63,098 nucleotides of DNA from Thecamonas trahens ATCC 50062. Its lineage: Eukaryota > Protista > Apusomonadida. The position numbers and the translations under genes are program-made. This document shows, piece after piece, positions 33,223-44,899 of this stretch. Position 1 is the stretch's first letter; the number at the start of each line of letters is the position of its first letter. Where the stretch lies: the NCBI RefSeq assembly GCF_000142905.1, contig NW_013657619.1, positions 1 through 63,098 on the forward strand. The letters are read 5' to 3'. The notes beneath the pieces are model-generated. The model worked only from the letters and a program-made list of their open reading frames with translations. It was not told the DNA's origin and made no database searches.

Positions 33223-35222
33223 TTAGCTCTGCGGCGTGAAGACGTGGACGGTTCCAGAGTCCGATGCAACGTACAGCGCGGCGGCCTTGGGCGCAAAGAC
33301 GACTGCGGTAGCCGCGCCCTCGGGTGAGTTGAGGGTGACGATCGCCGCCGGAGACTGCTCCGGTGCGTCGTCGCCGTCGTCAGCGGCAGGATCCATGCTG
33401 CCGTAGATGGCCACCTGCTCGCCCACGCCCACCGCAAGGTACGTTCCGGTGGCGTCAAAGCCGAGCGCCGAGACCGGCGCCGAGTGGCGGAGGACGCGGA
33501 AGACCTGCTGGTTGCGCAGGTCAAAGGCACAGACCGTGCCGTCGGCAAAGCCGCCGGCAACCACGTACCCGATCTCCGAGAACGCCACGTGGGTGCAGCT
33601 GCCGGCGCCCGCAGGTGCCGCCAGCTCGGCAATCCGGGCCATCGTCTGCAGCGACCAGATCTCAACACATCCAGCCTCGGAGGCCGCACCAAGGATGAGC
33701 CCGTCTGGGTGAAAGGCGACCGCGTGGAGCGGCGCCGTGTTGCCGCCGCGCGCCTCGGCGCCCTTCTGCGTCACCACAGCGCCGTCGCTCGCCGAGTACA
33801 GCGCCAGCGTCCCGTCGTCCGAGCTCGTCACGTACAGCTTGCCGGTGTGGTGGACGTCGACGCCGGTCACCGCTCCATTGTGCACCTTGTTGTGCAAATG
33901 GGTCTTGTGGTAGCTCCCGCTTTCATCGCGGGTCCACATCCGCGCGCTCCCGTCGCTCGACGCCGTGTACACAACGCTTGCCCCGTCGGCCACCGCCGCC
34001 GCCGCCGTCACACGCCCCTTGTGCCCGCGCAGCGTCGCCACCACACTCCCGTCCACCGCCGATGCAATCTTGACCACTCCGTGGCCTGAGCCGACCACAA
34101 GCGTCTGTCCGTGACTCGCCACGTGCTCACCCGCAGCCACGCCCGCGGCCACCGGCACCGCCACCGAGATCCCGCCCTTGTCTGCAGGGAAGACGTGGGT
34201 GAGCGGCACCTCATCTGCCGCCGCAAACTCAGCCACCATCGACGTCGTAGCCATGTCCGGCGGTGGCACTGCCTTCTTCCGCAGCTTGCGCACCGCCTTG
34301 CCCGCCTTGCTCAACGCCTTGAACTCGGCCGGCGAGAAGACATCCGCCGGGCCGTCGCCTGCTGCTGGAGCTGCAGCAGCCGCCGAAGGAGCCGGAGCTG
34401 CCTCGCCAGCCACGTCCATTGCCGCCACGCCCGAGTCCGTCCCGTTGCCCGCAGCTCCACCGCTGGTGGCAGGCGTCGGGAGCGAGGCCGGAATCGACTT
34501 GTTGAGGGCCGTCAGTGCGGCGCGGGCCTCATCGCGCTCGCGCACCAGGCGGGCAATGACCCGAGCAGCTGCGTCGTTCTTGTACAGGGCATGAGCCAGC
34601 TCCTGGCGGGTGGCCAGCAGTGCTTGCTTGACCTGGAACGACTCGAGCATGACCGCGTCCCACTCTGCCTGAAAGGCAGCGAGCATGCCCGGGATGGAGT
34701 TGGCTGAGGGCGGGCGGGGCGCCGCAAAGGCCGTCTTTGGTGCCACCACCTCGATCAGCTGATCCATGCCCAGCGGATTGCCGGTGTGCGGACAGCGTCC
34801 GTCGCTCTCCAGATGCTGCCCAATGAGCCGCTTCTCGTACACATACCCCGTAGCCGGGTCCACCACAGGCTCCTTAGCCACCGTGTTCGACACTGCATAC
34901 CAAAGAAGGGAAGGAATGAGTGAGTGACCAGTATGTATGCTGTCGTAAGGGGGGAGGGGAGGGGGGGGAAGGGGAGGAGGTGCTGGTACTGGCTGGCCCT
35001 TTGCCCGGCTGGCTGGCCGGGGATTAGCTGCTTGCGTTGGTACGAGGTCGCTGGCCGGAGGGGGGGGGGGGGGGGGGGGGGGATGGGCTGCTTAGCACCA
35101 GCTAGACCAGACACATGACCTTCCGCACAAGCACACAAGCACACAAACTCACTCACTCACTCGTGTGTGTGTTCATATGGGTGTGGCTGGGGCGAGTGTG
35201 GGTACGTACGGGAGCAGAACAT
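33223..35222 (-). CDS. PRPF19: Pre-mRNA-processing factor 19 (U-box, coiled coil, WD40); join(35222..35210,34892..33223)
   Basis: Spliced MFCSLSNTVAKEPVV..GYVYEKRLI (intron 35209-34893 GTACGT...CAG), PRPPSANSIPGML..FQ.EWDAVMLE.F..RQELAHALY..DAA.RVIARL, FHPDGLIL, WD40 repeats. Confidence 0.96.
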
Positions 35223-35407
35223 GATGTGCGAAGTGGGGTGCCGACCGGGCGGGCTGGTCGCTGGTTGGTGGCTTGTCGGCTCGTCGGTTCGTCAGCAGCT
35301 GCTGACTCTACGCCTGATGCAAGCGCAATATGCATTGTGTAGCGTATCCATGACAGGTGATCATATGCTGTGCTCGCTCGGTGGCGCGCTTTTGTGTCGG
35401 CAGGTGC

Positions 35408-37735
35408 CTACGACTGGACAGGGACGTCGGGGTGGCCCCATCGCGGATCAGATGTGTGCAGGTGTGGGACGGCGGCGTACTTGGGCCACGGAAAGATGAC
35501 TACTGCGGCGAGGACAGCCTGCACCATCGGTGTCGGCCGCTTGTCGCCACGGAGGAGGGCGATGCGCTCGGCCGGCGCAACAACGTTAGACTCGCGGAGG
35601 AGACGTGCCGGCGCCGACAGCGACCCTCTGTTCAGCAATTCAGCCAGGAAGCTACACGCATGCTCCGGATGCGCATACATTTTGTCAGCGAGGGCGGCCG
35701 AGAGCTTGTCGCGGGCGAGGTTGCCTTCCTGGTGGGTGTATGCCCGTAAAAAGAGCGCGCGGGCGTAGGTGTCGTGGAAGACGCCTGCAGCCTCGAGGAG
35801 AGGGAGGACATAGATGCCGTCGAACGGTATAGTCCCACGCTTCAGCTGAATCATGATCGGGTCGTAGAGCCACTCGATGTAGGTCCCGAGTGAGCGCGCC
35901 GGAAGTGGGACCTGGATCCGAGTGGCGAGACCATCGGTGCCGTACTCGACGATGAAGCCGCGGTCGGCGGCCATGGCCTCGGTCCAGGCTTCAGTGTCAA
36001 CGACAAACGGGTGGTGGCACGCCGGATCCGGCTGCAACGATACTTCGCGGGGAGTGGTCGCGGACGCGTTCATGGCCTCGCGATCGACGACAGCCGCAAA
36101 CGCCGCTGATCGCAGCGCGAGGACCACTCGGTGGGCGCGGATGGCGAGCGGCGGCTCACCGGGCCAGGTCGACTCGACAACCACGTCGGACGTGGCGAGG
36201 GCAAATCGCTCCGTCCACGGGTACGTCCGAAATGGGTTAGGATACACCTCGGGATCAAGAAGGTGGTCAAATGTGGTGATGTACGTCCCGTTGTTGAATT
36301 GCTCACCGGCGACTGTCCCGTTGTACACCGCCGAGTCCACGGTTTTGGCAAACGAGTGGATCCAGGACTGCGAGAGCGTGAAGATGGAGACTGCACGCCG
36401 CAGCTTTGAGAGATCATCCATGGTAACAAACGCCGGCATGGCGGTGAGGGTGCGCGGGAGGCGCAACAAACTTGCCTCGCCAGCCGAGAGATCGGCCCAT
36501 GCTCGTGGCAGCGGGCCGACCGCCAAGGTGTTGACTTCAAGCGGAACAGGTGGGTCGTTGACGGCGGCCATCATCTCGGCGTCGTTGTAGAGCTTCTTCT
36601 TGCGGTGGCTCTTGGTGGCAATCGCCTTTTCAACTGCGCGCACATGGCGAAAGTCGGAGTCGTTGGCAAGAGAGATCCGCGAAAAGTACGGTGCGTAGAG
36701 CCCGGCAGCGAGCGGCGAGTAGAGCGGGAGGCTCTCACGCCCGCATGCATCGGGCTCGATGAGATACAGCTCGGCGTCGGCGAGGCGGGAAAACTTTTGA
36801 TCAAGAACCGCAAGAACGCTGTCGCTGTACCCGAGCTTGCCTGGGTAGCAGGCGGGGCGGGCGGTCCTGGAGGCCTGCGAGTCGAGGTTGATGCTGCCGA
36901 CTTGCGGCAACGGCGCGCGCAGCGTCGGTAGTTGCGGCTTGGGCAGCGTCGGATCGGCAATAAACGCGCTCACCACTGCCGCTACCTTGCGGACGAAACG
37001 AATGAGCTTGGCAGTGATGAACGCCGAGAACTGGCCTGACTCGATGTGGTAGTTGTAACCGGCCTCGTGGAGCCTGCGGGCGAGGAGCCACGCCGAGCGC
37101 GGCTTGGGCGCGCTGAGTGCGACATCAAGCGGCATGTCGCCGCCGACCGGCGAGCGGGTCACGCTCACGCCAGCCGCGCCTCTGCTGCCTGACGGTCCGG
37201 CGCCATCGTCCCCTCCGATCATCATCCTGCAGAGGACGCGGCGACCGACGTCGGCAGCAGTCTGTGGCGACGAGTCGGGCTCCAGCTCGGCTGCGATGGC
37301 GGAGGTCAGGCCACTCAGATCGACAGGCGTCGGCGAAGAGTCGTGATTTGCCACGAGGAAGAAGTGCACGTGATCCGGCGAGCGGTCGGCGAACATGGTG
37401 CGGGCGGTCTCGGCCCACACGCCGATGGCGCTTGCCAGCGACTTTGGATCGGTCAGCGAGTACACAAGCATGACGGCGACGTAAGGCTCGGGCACGGCAC
37501 GTGATGCGTCCCACTGATAGCGGGATGACAGGCACGAGGTATCTGGCGTGGGCAAGTTGGCGACGCTGGTCGGGACCCACGTAAAGCCGACCCGGGTGCC
37601 TGGACCGAGCGCCCCGGCCTCGGCCGAGACTGCCTCATTGCTGCCGGATATGTACCCGCGGGCGAGCGCATTGGCCAGTTTGGAAGCCCCGGATGAGTCA
37701 TCGCCGAACATGACTATGTGGAGACGCTGAGCCAT
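35408..37735 (-). CDS. RhoBTB-like protein: degenerate Ras-like GTPase domain + BTB domain(s)
   Basis: IVMFGDDSSGASKL (degenerate G1), MLVYSLTD.KSL....W, FFLVANHD (degenerate G4); BTB motifs SDVVV..IRAHRVVLALRSAAF and YIEWLY; C-terminal FPWPKY. Confidence 0.65.
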   Translation of the reverse strand: MAQRLHIVMFGDDSSGASKLANALARGYISGSNEAVSAEAGALGPGTRVGFTWVPTSVANLPTPDTSCLSSRYQWDASRAVPEPYVAVMLVYSLTDPKSLASAIGVWAETARTMFADRSPDHVHFFLVANHDSSPTPVDLSGLTSAIAAELEPDSSPQTAADVGRRVLCRMMIGGDDGAGPSGSRGAAGVSVTRSPVGGDMPLDVALSAPKPRSAWLLARRLHEAGYNYHIESGQFSAFITAKLIRFVRKVAAVVSAFIADPTLPKPQLPTLRAPLPQVGSINLDSQASRTARPACYPGKLGYSDSVLAVLDQKFSRLADAELYLIEPDACGRESLPLYSPLAAGLYAPYFSRISLANDSDFRHVRAVEKAIATKSHRKKKLYNDAEMMAAVNDPPVPLEVNTLAVGPLPRAWADLSAGEASLLRLPRTLTAMPAFVTMDDLSKLRRAVSIFTLSQSWIHSFAKTVDSAVYNGTVAGEQFNNGTYITTFDHLLDPEVYPNPFRTYPWTERFALATSDVVVESTWPGEPPLAIRAHRVVLALRSAAFAAVVDREAMNASATTPREVSLQPDPACHHPFVVDTEAWTEAMAADRGFIVEYGTDGLATRIQVPLPARSLGTYIEWLYDPIMIQLKRGTIPFDGIYVLPLLEAAGVFHDTYARALFLRAYTHQEGNLARDKLSAALADKMYAHPEHACSFLAELLNRGSLSAPARLLRESNVVAPAERIALLRGDKRPTPMVQAVLAAVVIFPWPKYAAVPHLHTSDPRWGHPDVPVQS

Positions 37736-37862
37736 GGTGGCGGTGGTGGGGGTGGAGGAGGTGGGGAGGGGATGGGGGGGGGGGATGGGGGGTGGACAGG
37801 TGTTAGGGGGTTTGAGTGAGGAGCTGTGCTTCCATTGCTCGAATGGGGGGAGGGGGTGCGTC

Positions 37863-38063
37863 CAACAACAACAATCGTTAACCAACGATTATTCCACACA
37901 CACTGCAACAACAGCAATCGTTAGCCAACGATTATTCCACACACACTGCAACAACAACAATCGTTAGCCAACGATTATCCCCCACACACTGCAACAACAA
38001 CAATCGTTAGCCAACGATTATCCCCCACACACTGCAACAACAACAATCGTTAGCCAACGATTA
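37863..38063. repeat. 43-bp tandem repeat x4.7 containing the inverted repeat AATCGTT-AGCC-AACGATT
   Basis: Units start at 37863, 37906, 37949, 37992, 38035; no unique spacers. Confidence 0.95.
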
Positions 38064-38113
38064 ACCAAGTCCAAACCCTCGTGCTCGCCCGGCCACACCC
38101 CTCTGTGCCACAC

Positions 38114-40578
38114 ATGGCGTACGCCACAGGCGACGACCATGCCCGAGCCGTCTTCACACGAATAGACGAGGTACGCACGCCCCCCCCCCCCTCCCTCCCT
38201 CCCTCCCTCCCTCCCTCCCTCCTCTTCCCCACACCCACTCACCACCACCACCACCACCACCGCCAGACCCTCGCCGCCATGGCCTCGACCAGCAAGCTGT
38301 CCAAGACCAAGACCAAGGAGGTGATCGATGCGCTCCGGCAGGGCCTCCAGCTGGTCATTGCGGCGCCGACGGTGGCGACGGTCATGACTGATGGCACGGC
38401 TCTCGCGCTGGACGCTGTCATGCTGGACGGACGCCTCCCGCATCGGATCCGGTTCCTCGCCGGCTGGATCCTCCGTGCCGCCGGCGAGAACCAGGGTCTG
38501 TACAACTCGTCAGCACGAGTCATCGGCTCACCCGGCCAAACCGTCTTTCATCTTCCGCTCGCGCTTGCTCTCTGTCCCGCTCGCCGCCAGAGAGCGCAAA
38601 GATCGCCGAGTTTGTTCCGCTCCTCGACCTCTCGCCGGCAGGCAAGTCGCTCACCCGCGCGTGCTCGCTCATCGCGTACGCCACGGTTGCGATCGAGGGC
38701 GTGGTGGACGGCAACGAGGCGGCAGCACTCCATGCCGTCTTTGACGAAGCTCTGGCCTCGGTCCTCGCCCGTGGCTACACCCAGCCTGCGGTTGAGCGCA
38801 AGCGCGAGTCGGTGTGGGGATTCGGCTCGTCGAGCTCGGGCAGCGGCTCAGGCGGGCCAGTCGAGGTAACCGAGCTTGACGGCTCACGGGCTCTCGGCCC
38901 AGCGACCATTCTCTCCATCACCGGCAAGTACTCGCACGAGCAGCTCTTTGCGGCGCTCGCCTTTTCATTGGTGCGAGAGCTGCTGAGCGCAAACGCCTCG
39001 GTCCACAGCCCGGCGCTTCGCGACGCACTGCTTGGCTACTGCATGCGGCTGCTAGCGCAGGCTGAGAAGACCGAGTCGGCCTCGCTCTTTGACTCGCTCG
39101 CCAACGCCTCTGGATTTACACTTTCGCGGACCAAGGCCCACCCAATCGACGAGGCTTCGCTGCAGGCTGCGACCGTCGACGTGGTGCGGCTGCTCGACAC
39201 CCTCGCCGCGCAGGATCCAGACGTCATCCCGGACGTTTTTCCCATTGTGCAGCGGCTGTATGCACGCAACCTCAAGCGGCCTGACGGCTTTGTCTTTCTC
39301 GCCCTTCTCCGCTTCTTCCTCCACCACTCGGCCGCGGTCGGCTATGACACCGACCCGGTCTTTGCCGCCTTCTTTCAGGGCTTTCTGGGAAACCACGTCG
39401 ACGACACGCTGCTAACGACGGCGACGCTCGGGTTCTGCCTCGGCGCCGCCGACGAGCTCGCCGCCAGCACCGGGGTCTTCAAGCACTACTACCCAGTCCT
39501 CCTCCAGGCCATCGCCTTTGCCCCGCACACTCTCGCCGCTGACGCGCTGGCCCTGCTGCCGCGCATCGCGTCGAGCGCATCGGCCGTGGAGCTTCTGCAC
39601 TCGCTCCTCGATTTGCCGCTCATGTCGGCCACGATGGAGACCCGCCGTGCTGGCGGCGCCGCCGCCGCCGTCTACCGCGTCCTCTACAACTACGTGCTCC
39701 GGACTGAGGCCGGCGTCTCGATCAACTTTTGGGAGTCGACCACAACCGCCGAGCTCATGTCGTCGTTCTGCGCCGAAATCCGCATGTCGCCGCGCATCCA
39801 CGCCGCCGCCCAGCTCGCGCCGGCGCTACTCACCGCCTTCTTCGACGTTGTCCTCGCCCTCCCACACCTTGACTCGAGCCTCGCCACCACGCTCTTTACT
39901 CATGCCCTTGCCCGCTTTGAGCAGCTCTTTCTCCTTGACCTCTACACCGTCGCCGTCCGTGGGGTTCTTGTCGAGTACGTGCTCGCGCTTATCTCGCGCT
40001 TTCCCATCCTCGTCGCCACCGCCCGCGACGACATTGTGGCTGTTCTCGCCGGCGGCGCCACGCCAGGCACCCTCGAGCTCCACACCGCGCTCACCTGGGC
40101 GGTTGGCCAGTACGCTGCACCCGAGACCTCCCCGTCGTTCACCTCGGAGGTCCTCGACGATCTCCACTCGACACTCCAGGTCATGGTTTTTGAGCACATC
40201 GCGTCGGCCGCGCAGGGTCGCGACGTGCTCGCCGCCCTCGGCTTTGAGCCCGACGTCCTCAACAGACTCATGTACATCCTCATCTCGGCCCTTGCCAAGC
40301 TCGCCGCTCGCTACCAGACCCTCACTCCCTCGGTCACCCTCTGCCTCACCAAGCTCATCTCCAAGGCCGATCTCTTCGATCCGTACGTCATCTCGGCCGC
40401 CTCGCAGCACATCCGCCTCCTCCAGTTCCCCGGCATGGCCGCCGCCCTCCTCGCTGCCCCGACCCAGCCCGGCTACGTCGACGACAACTCCTCGCTCGCC
40501 TTTGTCCTCCAGGCCCACACCTCCATGCTCGGCTCGCGCGAAGCTTTCGGCGAGGTACATGCCTTTCACAATGGATAA
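38114..40578 (+). CDS. AP5Z1: AP-5 complex subunit zeta (SPG48); intron 38171-38266; frameshift near 38560-38600
   Basis: HYYPVLLQAIAF, ELLHSLLDLPL, YNYVLR..INFW, WAVGQY, SALAKLAARYQ.L.P...LCL.K, LLQFPGMA are AP5Z1-like HEAT features. GTACGC...CAG intron. Confidence 0.85.
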
Positions 40579-40964
40579 TTCATCCATCATACCGCTGAAG
40601 AAGTAGACCAACGAGACATCGAGCGAATGAAAACGAGAATCGCGGAAAAAGTAGGGTGCATGCAGGTGAAAAACAGAGATCTCCGGTCAACGCCAGATAC
40701 CTCAGTTTCCCCTCAGCTTCCCCAGTCGTATCCCACTCAGCTAGACGAGTACCACGCATCCCCCCCAGATGTCTTACTTGTCCCACAGCTCCACTTCCCC
40801 ATCTCCGATCCCCCCTCCCTCCTGCTCACCGCTTCCCTCATCCCCACCCTTCCCGCCGCTGCCAATTCGGCCAGCCAACCCAAGATTCACCAAACGACTC
40901 GGGCCGGGACCGAGACGGGCAGCGGCAACGGGCACACGGCTCTCCTGCACACCCAGTTGAGACC

Positions 40965-41801
40965 ATGTCGCGAGTGCTGTCGAACGGAAAGGCGCAGCCT
41001 TCGCCGACGCTGAGCAAGGAGAAGCGGGCGCGGTTTCGGGAGGCGTTTGCTCGGATGGACCACGACGGGTCGGGCCAACTCAACGCTAACGACATTAGCG
41101 AGCTGCTCAGCAGGCTCGGGTACGAGGTGACGCGGGAGGAGGTGCTGGGCTACATCGGCGAGGTGGACGAGGATGGTGATGGCGAGATCTCGTTTCCAGA
41201 GTTTGTGGACATGCTGACGCTGCACAAGAACGCGGTTCTTGCCGGAGTCGTCGATGATCTCATTCTCTCGGACGAGCAGATTCGCGAGCTGGAGGACGTG
41301 TTCAACCTGTTTGACGCTGATCGCGATGGCACCATTTCGGCGAGCGAGCTTGAAAAGGTGCTGCGTGATTTGGGGCAAGAGGTGGATCATGACGAGCTGG
41401 TGGAGATGATTGCCGAGGTGGACGAGGACGGCAACGGGGTCATCGACTTTGACGAGTTCTGCCTCATGATGTCGCGGCGGATGAAGGACTCGGACCTGCA
41501 GTCGAACATTGCGTCTGTCTTTTCGCTGTTTGATCCCGACGAGACCGGCGCTGCCACGCCCGACGCCATCGTCTCGGTCTTTGCCTCGGTCGGCGAGACC
41601 ATCACCCGTGCCGATGCGGTCCGGCTCCTTCGGGCCGCCGACGCCGACCACGACGGCTACGTCACGCTCGATGACCTTCTGGACGTCATGGGCATCACGC
41701 GGTCGGGCTCGTCGGCCTCGCTCCACACCATGTCGGCGCTCAATCTCTCATCGTTCCTCTCGTCGTCACAGAGTCTGGCGTCGCTTGCGCGCGACGGGTA
41801 G
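40965..41801 (+). CDS. Calmodulin-like protein with six EF-hands
   Basis: Loops DHDGSGQLNAND, DEDGDGEISFPE, DADRDGTISASE, DEDGNGVIDFDE, DPDETGAATPDA (degenerate), DADHDGYVTLDD; CaM-like linker MMSRRMKDSD. Confidence 0.9.
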   Translation: MSRVLSNGKAQPSPTLSKEKRARFREAFARMDHDGSGQLNANDISELLSRLGYEVTREEVLGYIGEVDEDGDGEISFPEFVDMLTLHKNAVLAGVVDDLILSDEQIRELEDVFNLFDADRDGTISASELEKVLRDLGQEVDHDELVEMIAEVDEDGNGVIDFDEFCLMMSRRMKDSDLQSNIASVFSLFDPDETGAATPDAIVSVFASVGETITRADAVRLLRAADADHDGYVTLDDLLDVMGITRSGSSASLHTMSALNLSSFLSSSQSLASLARDG

Positions 41802-41802
41802 T

Positions 41803-42665
41803 TTACGCGTCGGGCGAGTCGTGCTCAGCGAGGAGGGCCTTACTCGCCTGCAGAGCGTCGTTGGCGGCGGCGACCGCGGCGCCGGCGTCCTCGGACGACG
41901 CCGGGTCGACTGCCTGGGTCTCCATGACCTCCTCGAGGTCCTCGACAGCTGCGGTGAGCCGCTTGATGCAATCTGCGATCATCATGTGCGACTCGGCAGC
42001 GACGGCCTTCTGCTTGTTCACATCGTACTCGTCGCGGCCTTCGGCCTCGTACTTGCGAACGCGCTCGGCCTCGCGCTCAGACTCTTCCTTGTACCCGTGT
42101 GTCTCGCGCGAAATGCTGTATGTCGATGGCCAGCACAGCATCCATCATTAGCAAGTGTGGCGATCAAAGCACACCCATGACCATCCCCAGCACATCCACA
42201 GCCATCATGACCATCCCCAGCACATCCACAGCCATCATGACCATCCCCGCACATCCACATCCACCATGACCATCCCCAGCACATCCACATCCACCATGAC
42301 CATCCCCAGCACATCCACAACCATCATGACCATCCCCAGCACATCCACATCCACCATGACCATCCCCAGCACATCCACATCCACCATGACCATCCCCAGC
42401 ACATCCACAACCTTCTTTCCATCCCCAGCACATCCACATCCACCATGACCATAGCCTCCTCCACATCCACCATNNNNNNNNNNNNNNNNNNNNNNNNNNN
42501 NNNNNNNNNNNNNNNNNNNNNNNNNNNNNNNNNNNNNNNNNNNNNNNNNNNNNNNNNNNNNNNNNNNNNNNNNNNNNNNNNNNNNNNNNNNNNNNNNNNT
42601 CCCCTTCTGCGCACATACCGCTGGCACACTTTGGTCTTGATGGTAAGCTGCCGCACAGGATCCAT
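41803..42665 (-). CDS. TBCA: Tubulin-specific chaperone A; join(42665..42619,42115..41803)
   Basis: MDPVRQLTIKTKVCQR|ISRE..GYKEE..DEYDVNKQ.AV.AES.MMIADC.KRL..AVEDL. Intron 42618-42116 GTATGT...GCTAAT...CAG. Confidence 0.93.
42176..42473. repeat. 30-bp tandem repeat (CATGACCATCCCCAGCACATCCACATCCAC), about 10 copies, inside the TBCA intron
   Basis: Directly visible tandem units running into the N-gap. Confidence 0.95.
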
Positions 42666-42944
42666 ACTGAGCAGTTAGAGTGGTGTGCCGAGCCTCCCCA
42701 CCTGCTGTATCTCCATCCCCACCACCGGTGCTGGCCACCGACTCACACTCATTTTCGCGCGCGCGGGAACGACCAATCGCTCCGCCACCACCATGCAGAG
42801 GCTCACAGGCACTGCGTGGCCGGAGTCGACTCCATAAGAGCAGATCCTTTTCGCTTCGCTCAGCCCGACTCTATGCTAGCGACACAGACGGCACTAGTCG
42901 CGGCAATCATTCATTAATAGCCACATACCCTATGCTGCCGCTCG

Positions 42945-43883
42945 TCACCGCTGCACGTATTGCGCCTGCACCGGCTGGCCCTGGACAGGCTGGCCGTGCT
43001 GGCGCTGGACGTTGTGCTGGGTCGGAGAGGCAGGATAAGAGGCCTGCGCTGGCCGCTGCGGGCTGATGACGTTGGCAGGAAGCACATCGTCGCCGCGGAG
43101 GATGAGCTCGCGGGCATGCTGGCAGTTGGCGCAGGGGAGGCAGCAGCAGACGACGGCGTAGTCGGAGAGGCCAAGCGAGGTGTTGCCGTTGTACCCGATG
43201 AGGTAGCGGTTCTTGATCCGGGCCCGGTTCATCAGCTCAGAGATGCAGTGGAGCGGGAGGCAGAAGCCCGACGAGAAAAAGTCGAGGAGGAACCAGCAGA
43301 CGCCACAGCCGTAGTCCATAAACGCCGCAGGCCGGTTGTTGAGCCACGCGTTTGTCCGTCGATCCTGGCACCAGCAGCAGAAGAGGCCCAGCGCAAGCGT
43401 CTCCATGTCTTCAAAGCACTCAAACGGCTCAGTCATCCACTCAGCCACAGATCCGACCGTGACCACTCCGCCCCTCGCGTCTCCGTCTCTCATCGGCGTC
43501 GCTACAGGTGCCGCAATCGGCGTCGCCACAGGTGGCGAGCTAGGCCCACCGCCTTCCACAGGCCTCGCCACCGGCGGTGGCCTGCCTTGGTTCGACGCTC
43601 CCGCCTGGTCCGACCTGCCGGGTCCATCGTACGCTGGCGGCGGGCCCGGCTCTTGTCTTGACTGCGGTCGCTCCTTGCCTTGCCCCGACCCAGGCGGCGC
43701 TTTGTGCCGGTCCGACGACTGTGACGTGCCCGGCCTCGGTCGTGATCCCCCCGACGGCGCAGTCGCGGGCACAGGCCGTGCCGATGCTGGCGGAGGGCCT
43801 GATGCCGGGGCAGCGATAGGCGGAAAGAGAGCAGCCGATGACGATGATGACGACGAGGCCGAGTTTGACGACGACGACGGCAT
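42945..43883 (-). CDS. PLAC8/cornifelin-family Cys-rich protein with Pro-rich N-terminus
   Basis: W.TEPFECFEDMETLALGLFCCWC, RARIKNRYLIG, DYAVVCCCLPCANCQHAREL. Confidence 0.85.
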   Translation of the reverse strand: MPSSSSNSASSSSSSSAALFPPIAAPASGPPPASARPVPATAPSGGSRPRPGTSQSSDRHKAPPGSGQGKERPQSRQEPGPPPAYDGPGRSDQAGASNQGRPPPVARPVEGGGPSSPPVATPIAAPVATPMRDGDARGGVVTVGSVAEWMTEPFECFEDMETLALGLFCCWCQDRRTNAWLNNRPAAFMDYGCGVCWFLLDFFSSGFCLPLHCISELMNRARIKNRYLIGYNGNTSLGLSDYAVVCCCLPCANCQHARELILRGDDVLPANVISPQRPAQASYPASPTQHNVQRQHGQPVQGQPVQAQYVQR

Positions 43884-44868
43884 GGCGAGTGTGACCGGAA
43901 GAGGAGGAGGGGGGGGAGGGGGGGGGGTGGGGGGGGAGGGGGTAGGGGGTAGGGGTAGTAGTACGGGTTACGGAACGNNNNNNNNNNNNNNNNNNNNNNN
44001 NNNNNNNNNNNNNNNNNNNNNNNNNNNNNNNNNNNNNNNNNNNNNNNNNNNNNNNNNNNNNNNNNNNNNNNNNNNNNNNNNNNNNNNNNNNNNNNNNNNN
44101 NNNNNNNNNNNNNNNNNNNNNNNNNNNNNNNNNNNNNNNNNNNNNNNNNNNNNNNNNNNNNNNNNNNNNNNNNNNNNNNNNNNNNNNNNNNNNNNNNNNN
44201 NNNNNNNNNNNNNNNNNNNNNNNNNNNNNNNNNNNNNNNNNNNNNNNNNNNNNNNNNNNNNNNNNNNNNNNNNNNNNNNNNNNNNNNNNNNNNNNNNNNN
44301 NNNNNNNNNNNNNNNNNNNNNNNNNNNNNNNNNNNNNNNNNNNNNNNNNNNNNNNNNNNNNNNNNNNNNNNNNNNNNNNNNNNNNNNNNNNNNNNNNNNN
44401 NNNNNNNNNNNNNNNNNNNNNNNNNNNNNNNNNNNNNNNNNNNNNNNNNNNNNNNNNNNNNNNNNNNNNNNNNNNNNNNNNNNNNNNNNNNNNNNNNNNN
44501 NNNNNNNNNNNNNNNNNNNNNNNNNNNNNNNNNNNNNNNNNNNNNNNNNNNNNNNNNNNNNNNNNNNNNNNNNNNNNNNNNNNNNNNNNNNNNNNNNNNN
44601 NNNNNNNNNNNNNNNNNNNNNNNNNNNNNNNNNNNNNNNNNNNNNNNNNNNNNNNNNNNNNNNNNNNNNNNNNNNNNNNNNNNNNNNNNNNNNNNNNNNN
44701 NNNNNNNNNNNNNNNNNNNNNNNNNNNNNNNNNNNNNNNNNNNNNNNNNNNNNNNNNNNNNNNNNNNNNNNNNNNNNNNNNNNNNNNNAAGGGGGGAAGG
44801 GTATTGGTTACGGTTACCAACGGGGACAGCTACGAGTATTGCTACTGCAGGAAGGTTGACGGTATGTG

Positions 44869-44899
<31 letters not shown>

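Noticed and set aside
37863-38063. CRISPR array (palindromic repeats)
   Set aside because: Units are head-to-tail with no unique spacers, there are no cas genes, and the context is eukaryotic.
2958-41801. Functional clustering of CAMKMT with the calmodulin-like gene, or of the signalling genes
   Set aside because: They are separated by many unrelated housekeeping genes; no evidence of a cluster.
42164-42616. Metallothionein-like GCGCAGDGH repeat protein
   Set aside because: It is the translation of the 30-bp minisatellite inside the TBCA intron.
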